Assembly (NCBI RefSeq): GCF_018350175.1
Contig: NC_058368.1
Coordinates: 11,098,001-11,162,000, forward strand
Length of the DNA stretch: 64,000 bases
Direction: 5' to 3'
Source: Felis catus
Taxonomy: Eukaryota
Shown here: positions 37,246-48,727 of the stretch, piece after piece
How the letters are laid out: each line of letters starts with the position of its first letter
Numbering within the stretch: the stretch's first letter is position 1
The notes under the pieces: generated by a model
What the model was told of the DNA's origin: nothing
Database searches by the model: none
What the model saw: the letters and a program-made list of their open reading frames with translations, nothing else
Program-made: the position numbers and the translations under genes

Positions 37246-39266
37246 TTCACCTTTAGGACAATCTGCTATGTGGAGACTTGGTGACATTTTCTGTTTTATT
37301 TCATAGTGCGAAGTTGGCTGATCTAACTAAATTCCTAAGGACTAATCAAAAAAATAAAATAAAAACTTACCACCATTTGGCCAGTTCAGTTACCTGGAAC
37401 CTCTTCCTTCTGCATTTGTGATTAAGGCTGCCACAAAAAAAGAAACATATTGGCACCGTAAATCTGATAGATTTCTAGTTAGATGCATGGAGGAAGGTGA
37501 TGTGACTTGGAGATGAGATCTTTATGACCTATGACCTCTGGATTCTCATTCATTTGAGGAGATGCTAGCCATAAACTTCAGGCAGTTTGGCAGAAATGGA
37601 AAGCTCATAATACTGAGAATACTGAGAAGCATCTAGGGATGTTTCATTTATTCCCCCAGTTTTCCCTTCCTTTTTGCTGATACGAGATGAAATGAAAAGT
37701 ACAGCAGGCATGATTCTGGAACAGTCTCCATCAGAATTTACCACATCACACGTTCTCACCTGCGTGGCTAGAGCTCCTGTCTGAACTTAAGTTTGTCTGA
37801 CCCTCAGCTAAGCCACACCCTTTCTAAGGAGGTTTCTAAGGCAAAGCCCATTGACCCATTTAGAGATCCAAGGGTAAGGAACTTCATATTTATTTGTCAT
37901 CTAGGCACTATTTATGGCATTCTAAGCACATGACCCCCTTAAGACTGTAATTACAGTCTTTGCATGAAAAGAATATGGAACACTTCTTGTTTGATTCATC
38001 CTTTTGGGACTTCGTATTCAAAGTATTGAAAATCCTTTTATTTCATATTGAAAATAGTTTTACACGGCCTACAGCCAGTTCCCCATTCTCCCTTTCTCGT
38101 TTCACAATTGCAGAGTGCTACTCGGGTAGTTTCCCTCTGTTTTGAGCCCCACCCTTCTGTTGCTAAGCAGCTGAACTAGATTGCATAAATTGTCAATTAC
38201 TCAGCTATGACAATGAAAAAGACTGGGGGGCAGTAGCCAGAAATGAGGACAGCTACTTCTATCACTTGGGATTTAGGATTCGGCGAGGAAGAGAGTCGAA
38301 AGGCAGTAGGTGAAGTGAGCATAAGTAAAAGTTTGATCTATAGTTACCAACTGGGAGAATTGGGGAATAGGACAAAACACCCCTCCCTTGCCCTCATTTT
38401 CTTTGCATATATTTTCAGAAAGACTTGAGCAAGCACGTTCTCCTTGACGAACTTTTATTCATTGAAATGGGTTTTTCCCCCATTATAAAAGTAATTTCCT
38501 ATGATGGCTGGAAGAAAAAAGGAAATTAGAGAAGGGAAAACTGACACGATTTCACTACTTTAATATAAGCCGTGTAACCCTTTGTATATATTTCCTTCAG
38601 AGATTTGTAGTCATTGTATTAGAGTAGATTGGTTTTGTTTGTGTATTTGTTTGCTTAGGCCTAGTTATAATTCACATACTCTTATGCTTAGCTTTAGAAT
38701 ATTTATTGAGTAGCAGTTATTAATTTATTTTAACACTTCTGGTTAGGTTGACTCCAAAATCTGAAATTAGTTCTAAATCTGTACGTCTTAAAAGAGCATA
38801 TATGCCTTTCTGACCCACACACACACAAAAAGTCTCAAGTATCTTTGGTGGTAAATCTTCACCCATCTCATTTATGCAACTTCTTTTTAATAAAGCAGGT
38901 TTCATATGGCAGGTATCCACCAGACATTCAGCTCTCCCTCAGATCACCTCACGTCTGTGGCTTCCTGTGGAAATGTTCCACAAAACGACCATTGAATAGA
39001 ATTGCAAAGATTTCCTTTTGGAGCCCTTGCAGACTCCACTTACCTGTGTGACTCTAATAAGTGCAATGACGCCTCTGGCTCCCCAAAGAGAAGTAAACCT
39101 TGTGTGTGGGCATAATTAGCACACAGTCAGGTTGTAAGATCCAGGTATTTGGTTTTCTTAGACGAGGCATTCCCCAGCAGACACATTAGTGGTTTCCCAA
39201 AGAGCTCCTTTGCAAATAGCTATCGAAACAGCAAATAATGAACTCAAAAAGGCGTGCAGTGAATAG

Positions 39267-39284
39267 GACACCAGAGGGTGCTAG
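39267..39284 (+). promoter_or_regulatory. Candidate CTCF site
   Basis: GACACCAGAGGGTGCTAG resembles the core CCASYAGRKGGCRS (two mismatches). Confidence 0.4.
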
Positions 39285-39870
39285 AGGGATGTTACAATAT
39301 GCCTGGGCTTTCCTTTGGCTCTGCCTTTCAAAAATGAAATAAAGCTTTTTACATAATGCACTCCCTTGTCTTGAACACGTATATTGGAAGCTATACAGCA
39401 TAGCTCTGTGATGAGAGTCAAACATTTGTTGCTATGTATCCTTCTCATCAGTGTTTTTTCAAAAGCGGGTCTCTTCTTCCCATGCTGAATTTAAGAAAAT
39501 AATTTTTAAGTCTCTGCTTAGCTGTGCTTTTTTAAGGAAGGCACATTCTTATTCTTCCAAGGTTGCATCTCTTTGACCTCTCCCAAGAGACAGTCCCGTG
39601 TGTTAAAATGGTGAGTAGTTCTCATCTGCTAGATATTAAAGAAATGAATTATTTCCAAACCTGCTTTTAGAATCACAGAGCGTGGTGATTCAATCAGCGT
39701 GTGCCTCCTGTTGAATTTAAAATGAAACATGTGCATACATGAGCATAAAGTAGCAGTGCCGAAGAAACGTAAGAACGGTAGTGAGAAAATCATACTGGCA
39801 TTTATTCGTAAACAGACCATTTAACCAGGTTTTTATTTTGCAGTGTTAAGCTTTTGAAAATCTATTTTCA

Positions 39871-40002
39871 GGGGCGCCTGGGTGGCTCAGTTGGTTAAGC
39901 TTTGGACTCTTGGTTTCGTCTCAGGTCATGATCTCACAGTTTGTGAGTTCAAGCCCCGCATGGGTCTCTGTGCTGACAGTATGGAGCCTGCTTGGGATTC
40001 TC

Positions 40003-40034
<32 letters not shown>

Positions 40035-40114
40035 ACCCCACCTCTTTCTCTGCCCTTCCCCTGCTCATTCCCTCTCTCTCTCAAAATAAACTTAAGAATT
40101 AAGAACAAATAAAA
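39871..40114 (+). mobile_element. CAN-SINE (older type)
   Basis: Head, GGAGCCTGCTTGGGATTCTC, CT tract and A-rich tail. Confidence 0.94.
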
Positions 40115-41364
40115 ACCTATGTATTTTTGTTCAACATAATTTATCTTAAAAGTATGTTTCCAGCGCCTAACATTTGTGTGTCAGTGTGTCTAGAATTGTC
40201 CTTGAAGCCATCCCCACTCTCCATGACCTGGCAGTTACTTAAAGAAACAAGAGATTTTCTCTTCAAGAAGTTGTCATGTGAGAAAAATAATCCACAACCA
40301 ATAATACGTACCAAACACACACCATTTTGCAAATGTGTGTCAGAGAAAATACCATGGGTTTAAAGGAGGTGATACCACAGGACTGGAGGGTTGGGGGAGC
40401 TGGCTGGGCTAGGAGGTTGCAGGATTGGGTGGCAGAGACCAGGGAGAGCAGAGTCACAGCCTGGCCAGAAGGGGGAGCAGGCAAGGACGCACGCCAGGCA
40501 ACATGCAGACATCTCTTCATCCTTCCCCAGGGAGGTCCCAGTCCAAAATTACAAATGTCCCTTATTTTTATGTTATTTCTTTGTTTTTAATGTTGTGGGT
40601 TGAAGGTTGTATTGTTGTGGTTTTTAGTTCGGGTTTTGTTTTAGAGCCTGTTCTGTTTATGGTCGTGGTGTGGTTCTTTTCTCAGAAGGAAAAAGAAAAA
40701 AAGGCCTCGCTGTCGTTAAAATGGCGAATCACTCCATCCCCAATATTGCTGGTAGTTTTCCTGACCCTCCACGGCTGTCTTGCAGCCAGAACGGTGAGAC
40801 GCTGTAGTGTCCTGCCCTGTAGCTGGGCTACCTCAGGAGGATCAGGGGTTCGGGTCCCCGTGTTCTCCCAGCCCCTCCTCCAGGTGGACTCCACGCTGTG
40901 CCCTAGGGCACCTGGGACGTGTGTCTTCTCTTGCTGGGGTTGAATTCCTTACGGTAGAACCGGGGCCTGATTTCGTCTTTGTGGTCCTCATGCTCAAGGC
41001 ACATTAGGAACTCAAAAAAACATTTCTTTTATAATTAAAAAATATCCTTTTATTAGCATAAGAGCAGTATAAATGCATTGTGGAGAATTAGATAATGTAT
41101 AGAGCAAAAGTATTTTTTGAAAAACACTATGCCGTCCCAGTTTGTTGTTACCACCTGAGTATCTATCCTTCCAAACTTTTTTCTGTACACATCTGTATTA
41201 GTCTATCTGTCCTCCTGTTTCTCTATCTACCAATCCGTGTAGCTAGGTATTTTTATGAGATTATACTATAAGACACATTATTTTGTAATGCACACTAGTA
41301 CACAGCTTATGTTTTTCCATTTAATAATCTCCACATTTTCACCTAAGTGTTGATCTCCATGTGA

Positions 41365-41510
41365 GGGTTCAATAAACTCACTGCGTTAAAAGCTTCCTTG
41401 GGAATGCTTATTAAAATTCAGATTCCAAGGCCCTAGCTTGGATCTGCAGATTCAGAATCTCCAGCGTTATGGCTCTGGAATTTATATTTTAGCAAATGTC
41501 TAAATGCTCG
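41365..41510. mobile_element. MER5A-like hAT MITE
   Basis: CTTATTAAAATTCAGATTCCAAGGCCC...GATTCAGAATCTCCAG...GGAATTTATATTTTAGCAA. Confidence 0.65.
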
Positions 41511-41847
41511 TATACCAGTCATTGATCTACAGTATCATTATGAGGGGACAGAATAGCTTTCCGGTATAGATACACTGCAATTTATTTAACCAACCTCAAA
41601 GGTTCAATTTTTCGTTATCATGAGCCAGGTGATAAACATCATGAACATCAGTAAGTGATAAGCAGACAAGTTGAGATGGTAAACATTCTAAACCTCTGTA
41701 AACGTCAACACAAATTTAGCTATTAAGTGCTAGTATAAAAAATTTTAAATCCATGCCCAATATTGACAGAGGGGGATCTTTGGTATGAATACCAAAGCCC
41801 TAGGACATATCACCATGAAATGGACTGAACTGAAACTACAGTAGCAG

Positions 41848-42152
41848 CTTTTCTTTTCTTTTCTTTTCTTTTCTTTTCTTTTCTTTTCTTTTCTTTTCTT
41901 TTCTTTTCTTTTCTTTTTTCTTTTTTCTTTTCTTTTCCTTCTTCTCCTTTCTTTTTTCTTTTCTTTTTCTTTTCTCTTTTCTTTTCCCTTTCCTTTCCTT
42001 CCTCTTCTCTTTTCTTTTCCCTTTCCTTTCCCTTTCCTTCCCCCTCCCTTCCCTTCCTCTCCCTTCCCTTTCCCCCTCCCTTTCCGTTCCTTTCCTTCCC
42101 TCCCCTCCCCTTCCCTTCCCCTCCCTCCTTTTCTTCCTCCCTTCCTTCTCTT
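41848..42152. repeat. Polypyrimidine tract: (TTTTC)n grading into C-rich units
   Basis: About 305 nt of C/T with a single G at 42086. Confidence 0.96.
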
Positions 42153-42600
42153 ATTCATGGGTCACAGAGCCAAAAATCTGTGTGGGGGTAGGTAGCCAGA
42201 TGACGCAGGTCCCCATATTTGGGGCTCTTGACTGTTATGTGGACGCATTGGCCAGCTTTGCCACTCTGAATCCTTTTGATGTCTGCTGACAGATTCTTTC
42301 TTGACACCACTTAACGCCGCTGATTAAGTTGTAATCAAACAACTCTGCCCAACCCTCATTATTTCATCCGAATATGTGTTGATATACAGTAGTTGGTCCA
42401 ATTCTCCAAGTTCTTGGCTGCCTCGGGGGAAAAGTCTGCCCAGGATTTTTTTTTTTATAATTATTTTTCTTCCTTTCAATTTTTTTTTTTGTAGTTTCCT
42501 TGGTTTCATGATGTAAGGTCAGAGGAATTAAACTTGAGCATGAAGTAATTAATTACATGAAGCTTGAATTATAATTACTAATTGATCCCCACCTACCTTG

Positions 42601-42618
42601 ATGACACCTGGTGGCAGT
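42601..42618 (-). promoter_or_regulatory. Candidate CTCF site
   Basis: Minus strand reads CTGCCACCAGGTGTCAT. Confidence 0.45.
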
Positions 42619-42844
42619 GAGTTTCACAGTGCTATGAAGGACAGATGGTAAGGCTCCATTTGGCCTGTCATGTAGGAGATCCAGGTAGTTAGGTTAAAAA
42701 ATGCTTTTCATAGACCTCAGATGGGCCACATTTGTCCAAAAAGCCATGTATGGATCTCTAGACACCATTAGGTTGATATATTTTAATCTCTTCAGCACGA
42801 TGTTATTGATTCTGTTTCATCACAATAGACAGGGCCTATAAATG

Positions 42845-43290
42845 TGTTCATTTGTTTATTAAATATTTATTGAGCCCTCACTAAATGCAGACACCAAGCT
42901 AGGCACTGAGATTCAAGAGTGAACGAACAAATACAGTTCCTACCTTCATGGAGTTTCCTACAAACACAGTAGGAGCAATTAACCTACACTTGGCATGTGG
43001 GGAAAGGCTTCTCCTATTATTGATGTCTGAGAAAATCTGAAACACAACTAAGAACTGAGGGTAGAGAGGGCAGAAGATATCTAAGGCAGAAGGAAGAGCA
43101 TCTACAGAAGTCCATGAGACGTCATGCCATATTCAGGGAACTGAAAGAAGTCCACCATGGCTGGACATGGGGCTTGCTTAGGGCTGAAGCTGAACAGGTA
43201 AGGCAGGGCCAGCTTACCCAGGTCCTTGGCAGCCCTGGTAAGGAGTTTGGATGTATTAGAAGAACGAATGGGAAATCACTGAAGGTTTTT
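42845..43290 (-). mobile_element. Antisense L2 3' fragment
   Basis: TTCATTTGTTTATTAAATATTTATTGAGCCCT...CCTACCTTCATGGAGTTT...GGTAAGGAGTTTGGAT. Confidence 0.7.
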
Positions 43291-43685
43291 AAGAAGATAT
43301 TTAACCTTTAAGCTTCGGAAAAGGAGACTTACAATATGAAATCTGGATGTAATGGGCACTTAAAAATGACTGATGCCCTTTTTTTCTGTGAGCTCCACCT
43401 CACCAGCCTCACCAGAAGAAAGGCACGGGCTCAGAAGTCAACAAGACGAGTCTGGTCTGAAGGTCAGTCAGGCAGATCTCAGAAGACACCCTGATTCTTG
43501 CATTTCCTTAAAAAGGCTGAAAATGAAAAAAAAAAAAAAAAAAAAAGAATGAACCTGCTGCCTGTGGCTAAGCCATAGGGAAGCCATGAACTCAGACTGC
43601 CGGACAAATGGCAACACCAAAGCTTTCTGGCAAAAATAAACATTGTTAATTAATTGGGGGGGGCGGGGGCGGCGAAGGTAGGAGG

Positions 43686-44800
43686 ATCTCGTTCACAATA
43701 GTAAGAAAAGCTAAAATATACTTAGGAACAAATCTAAAAGACATCCAAGTCCTTATGGAGAAAATTACAAAACATTACCAAAGAATATTAAGACATAAAT
43801 CAAAGGAGAAATACATCACATTCTTAGATGGTAAGATTCAATATCAAAGTCAGTTTTTACCAAATTGATTTTAAAACTTAGTAACGTTCCAGTCAAACCC
43901 TCAGTAGGTTTTTTGTGGGTGTGTGGGAGTCTGGAATTTTACAAGCTGATCCTAAAATTCATATGGAAAGCACACCAAAAAAATGCCGAGGATATATTTG
44001 AAGAAGAGCTATCCGATAGCAACACTTTTTTTTTTTTTTTTTAATTTTTGGGACAGAGAGAGACAGAGCATGAATGGGGGAGGGGCAGAGAGAGAGGGAG
44101 ACACAGAATCGGAAACAGGCTCCAGGCTCCGAGCCATCAGCCCAGAGCCCGACGCGGGGCTCGAACTCACGGACCGCGAGATCGTGACCTGGCTGAAGTT
44201 GGACGCTTAACCGACTGTGCCACCCAGGCGCCCCTCAACACTTATTTTAAAGCTATGTTGATCTAAGTCAAAATAGTATTGGTGCAGGGATAGAAACCCA
44301 GACCAGAGTAGAGACCCCAGAAAGAAAGTCATGCATATATAGAAAACTTGACATATGGCACTAGATATTGGCATTGCAGACTGGGTAGGGGAAATTATCG
44401 ATACTTACCTGAGAATGCATACAAAAATAAATTCCAGATGGATTAAAGATCTAAATCTGAATAACAAAAATACTTGCAAAATCTCACATCATGGAAGGAT
44501 TTCTCAGACAGGATATAGAAAACAATCACAATTGACAAGTCTGACTACATTAAAATTAAGTCTGTCCAACAGAAACTACAACATGATAAGAGACATAATG
44601 GGGGAAGATATTTATGTTGGATATAAGTGATATAAACTAGTATCCAGAGTATGTTTTAAAATTATAAATCAATAAGATATAAAAACATAGCCTAATATAA
44701 AATTGGGTAAGGAAAATGAACACTATATACCTGGAAAAAATGTAATTGGGTAAGAAAGGAAGCTCAGCTCCCTAGTTATGAGGATGTAATGTATACGCCT
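43686..44800 (+). mobile_element. Degraded L1 ORF2 fragment, interrupted by a SINE
   Basis: TACTTAGGAACAAATCTA (YLGTNL), ACAAGCTGATCCTAAAATTCATATGGAA and ACAAAAATAAATTCCAGATGGATTAAAGATCTAAAT (TKINSRWIKDLN). Confidence 0.8.
44026..44234 (-). mobile_element. CAN-SINE (very young felid type) inserted into an L1
   Basis: Variant motifs CCGAGCCATCAGCCCAG and GATCGTGACCTGGCTG, pure poly-T tail. TSD CAACACTT. Confidence 0.96.
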
Positions 44801-45399
44801 TACGGATACCCATGTAAATTGCTCAAACACCTTGTGACATTGTGGTACATCAGACTCACAATCTTTAGGCGTTCACAGGGTAATACTGTGATCTCAAGCT
44901 GGATGCCAAACTGGTGCCTAACTTTTTCAACTTTGCCAAAGCTTAGAAGGTCAACAGCCAGGGTAATGTGGAATTTAGGTCTTAAGCCAAACCACGAAGG
45001 GCTTTGGAGAAAGCACAATTCAGATGAAGACTTGTGAGACAGGAAAGCCAGGTCTACAGGACTGAACAACCCAGGGAGTGTCACAGCTGGTAGACAGCAA
45101 GTCACAAGAAGCCAGATCATGAGCTGAAATTTATGCCAAGTCAATCCTAATGCCCATTAACTTTTGGGCAAGTGAAGGCCAGAGCTCAAGGCAAGCCGAG
45201 CCCCAGGGGAAGGGAGTGACTCAGAAAATGATCTAGTACAAACTTCTGGCCACCTGGCCACTTGACCACCTCCATCCTTGTTACAGACCTTTCTTAGCCT
45301 TAATGAGTCAGTGGTGTCTCTTGAGCAAAACTAATCACCCAGAGTCAGAATTGGCAACCTCATCCTCCTAGTGTAGGGGTTTGTGGGTAATGCTGGTTG

Positions 45400-45520
45400 C
45401 TCATTCAACACATAATGATTGACTGCCTCATATGTACCAGCCACTATTCTTGGTGCTTGGGATACATCAACGAACAAAGTAAACAAAGATCCCTGTCCTC
45501 CTAGAATTTACATTCTTTTA
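45400..45520 (-). mobile_element. Antisense L2 3' end
   Basis: CTCATTCAACACATAATGATTGACTGCCTCATATGTACCAGCCACTATTCTTGGTGCTTGGGATACATCA. Confidence 0.65.
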
Positions 45521-45562
45521 TCGGGGGAGGGGGAGGGGAAGGGACATTATAAATAATCAAAA

Positions 45563-45774
45563 TTTTTTAATGTTTTAAATGTTTATTTTTGAGAGAGAGA
45601 GAGACAGAGCCTAAGCAGGAGAGGAGCAGAGAGAGGGAGACACAGACTCTGAAGCAGGCTTCAGCCTCCTGGCTGTCAGCACAGAGCCCAATTCAGGGCT
45701 TGAACTCACGAACTGTGAAATCATGACCTGAGCCAAAGTCGGATGTTTAACAGACTGAGTCACCCAGGCACCCC
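45563..45774 (-). mobile_element. CAN-SINE
   Basis: Reverse-complement SINE. TSD ATAAATAATCAAAAT. Confidence 0.94.
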
Positions 45775-45960
45775 ATAAATAATCAAAATGAACTAGCAAA
45801 TTACTTATCTCAGGCCCTACCCCAGACCAGCTGAAAAAAAGAGTCTGTATTTTAACCAGTTTCTCTAGCGACTTATATGCTAAAAATTTGACAAGCACAT
45901 GAACCTAGGAATCATTGGCTTTTCCATTTGCGGTTCCACATTCCATTGATTACAGTTCAG

Positions 45961-45975
45961 TTGGCTTTCTGCCAA
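45961..45975. promoter_or_regulatory. Perfect palindromic NFI site
   Basis: TTGGC-TTTCT-GCCAA equals TTGGC(N5)GCCAA. Confidence 0.4.
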
Positions 45976-47973
45976 ATCGACGCCTTGCTGTGTTCTTGGT
46001 AACAGACAGTTATGACATTTCTTGGTGGTAGTGATAGGAAGTAGTTCTTGCGAGCAGATATTATAGGCAACACTTAACCAAGTCATTCTCAGTTTGGGAC
46101 TGCTTTCTTTGCTATAAATGTGCCTATTCCTTATACTGGGCGACTAGTGACTATAATTAAGGCAACTTTAATGGCAGCAAGTGGTTTTGTTGCTTTACAC
46201 ACCTTGCTATTCTAGACCAATTTATTTTAGTTCTGGTACGTTCAGTTACACCAAAAAATATTGACTCCTTTGCTAAATAAAGACAATCTCACGATTTTCT
46301 TCATTTTAACACAAAGAGGTAGACTATGCAGTGAGAGCAGAAGACAAGCAGTCAGAAGTACTTTCTGATTCCACACTTCAGCCTCCACCATTGCCTCTTC
46401 CAGAAGGTTCTCGTCACGTCTCCCTGTCAATGCAAAACACCCATGCTTTGATATCAGGTTCCAAGTTGGTCTTTCCCATTAATATTTTCCTGTTCATCCC
46501 AAAATAAAGTAATTGTCTTTTATTTTCAACTCACATAGCGTCCAATGTGATTGTCTCTGTGACTCATTTTGAAACTAATCATACACTGACTTACGACAGC
46601 TCTTCCACTCTTGCTTTGAATTGTCTTCCACATCTTATAAGCTGTCATTGAAGCCTTGGATTGTTTTTTACATTCTCATACTTTTACATCCTATTTTCCA
46701 GGATAGATTTTAGATTCCTTAAGGACGAGAACTGTGTTCTTGTATGTATGTATTTTAATGCATTTAATGCATTGCCTCATACAAAATAGTCATTCAGTAC
46801 ATTATTATTGGTTTTAGTGTATACTCTGCCCTCTGCATAAAGATTTTTCTTTTAGGTCAAGAATTAGTATGTAAATTATAAAATTTGGTGCTGACATCAC
46901 ACAGACATTTCCATTCGCTATTGGAATAGAACTTTAGGTAATATCTTAAGGGTTGGAGCTGAACCATATTTAGCTTGGAAGGACATTTCTCAGGCTGCTA
47001 AGTAGATGTCTTTGATGATATGCTGGTTTTTTCCCAGTGTATGAGAGGGCAGGAACTGGGTTACAGTTTGGAGAGCAAGATAAGTGGCCTCTACTGTCAG
47101 AAAAACAGCAGGAAAGAAATTTAGAATTTAAATTGAATGTCTTTAATTTTTAATATGGTGTTCCTTGTGTAATGTCATTACCAAACATTTGAAAGAAAGC
47201 TATAACCCAAGTCTAAACAGCATCTCCATAAAAGCAGAGAGAGAATATGAAAAGCATACAGAGAATTTTTTTTCCTATAGTAGAATGGAAAAGCAGTCCC
47301 TTACTGAATGTAACACAGTTCCCAAAGAAATGGTATGAATCGCTACACTACCATGCTGAATCAGTTTATTCCTAACTGTTCGGTTTACCCATGAAGAGGA
47401 GATTTAGTATGAACTCAGAAATTGAGACATGAGGCTAGAGCTAAGATAAAGGATTACTATCCTCACACGTTCTTTTTTTCTTCGAAAGATACACATTCTT
47501 ACCACATCCTTTTTACTTTTCCAAAGATGTTCTCTTTATATTGATGAAGGAAAAAATGGAGTATCCATTCTTCAATTTATTTTTAACAGTTTAGCACATC
47601 AATCTGTGCTACATTGGGCCAATTGAAATCTTACTGGAAATTGAACAGCCAAATTTCTGAGGTGAGCCGAAGTTACCTATAGAACTGAATTTTGAAGATG
47701 GAAAAATTGAAACAAAAGCATTTCTAAGCACTAGAGAAAAGCTTATTTTGGGAAACACACAGGCTCATCCTATTCCGTGATTTTTTGGGATTGTTAATTA
47801 ACTGTAAAGTTTCATATTGTAAAAGTATATCCCCTGTTCATCGAAACCAGAGTAAATAGCAACCAGTGTTCTTATGAATTTGAATGATAGAAAGGGAGCA
47901 CCCATGCTCAAAATTTTAAGAAATCTGGCTGACTCTATTTCCCAAACTCAAGCCTACCTAAAGATAGAAAATA

Positions 47974-48200
47974 GGGGCGCCTGGGTGGCGCAGTTGGTTA
48001 AGCGTCCGACTTCAGCCAGGTCACGATCTCGCGGTCCGTGAGTTCGAGCCCCGCGTCAGGCTCTGGGCTGATGGCTCGGAGCCTGGAGCCTGTTTCCAAT
48101 GCTGTGTCTCCCTCTCTCTCTGCCCCTCCCCCGTTCATACTCTGTTTCTCTCTGTCCCAAAAATAAATAAAAAACGTTGAAAAAAAAATTAAAAAAAAAA
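47974..48200 (+). mobile_element. CAN-SINE (very young felid type)
   Basis: GCCAGGTCACGATCTCGCGGTCCGTGAG and CTGATGGCTCGGAGCC, long A tail. Perfect TSD AAAGATAGAAAATA. Confidence 0.96.
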
Positions 48201-48477
48201 AAAGATAGAAAATAGATGCAGAGAAAATGGCAAACATCCAAGTAGGATCCTATCACACCTAAACCAATCTTTGTGATCATACATTTTCTTCTCAGAATGA
48301 ATTTGTATTTTTCATTTATCTATTGGGTTCTTCAAGCTGTGGCTGTATTTATTCACATATGCATACCAGGTAATAGGTGAAATAGATGACTCTGGGTACC
48401 TTTTTGTATGATGCTTACTCTGACCTTTTCTATGAGTAGAAAAATTAAAGCTGGTTTAATACAGTTAGCATGAACTC

Positions 48478-48503
48478 TTTTTTTTATTTTAATGTTCATT
48501 TTT

Positions 48504-48563
<60 letters not shown>

Positions 48564-48727
48564 GAGCAGGGGAGGAGCAGGCAGAGAGAGGGGACACAGA
48601 ATCCGAAGCAGGCTCCAGGCTCTGAGCGGTCAGCAGAGAACCCTACGTGGGGCTCGAACCCATGAACTGTGAGAGCATGACCTGAGCTGAAGTCAGATGC
48701 TTAACCAAGGAGCCACCCAGGTGCCCC
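48478..48727 (-). mobile_element. CAN-SINE with expanded (GA)n
   Basis: Reverse-complement SINE. TSD TAGCATGAACTCTT. Confidence 0.95.

Noticed and set aside
40425..40943. 172-aa ORF with a hydrophobic stretch
   Set aside because: The hydrophobic part derives from T/G-rich low-complexity DNA; non-ATG start; no homology recognised.
41745..42158. 137-aa Lys/Arg/Gly-rich ORF
   Set aside because: Translation of the polypurine strand of a simple repeat.
44401..44411. ATACTTACCTG as a U1 snRNA gene or pseudogene
   Set aside because: The match stops after 11 nt and the flanks are L1. Better read as an antisense donor site.
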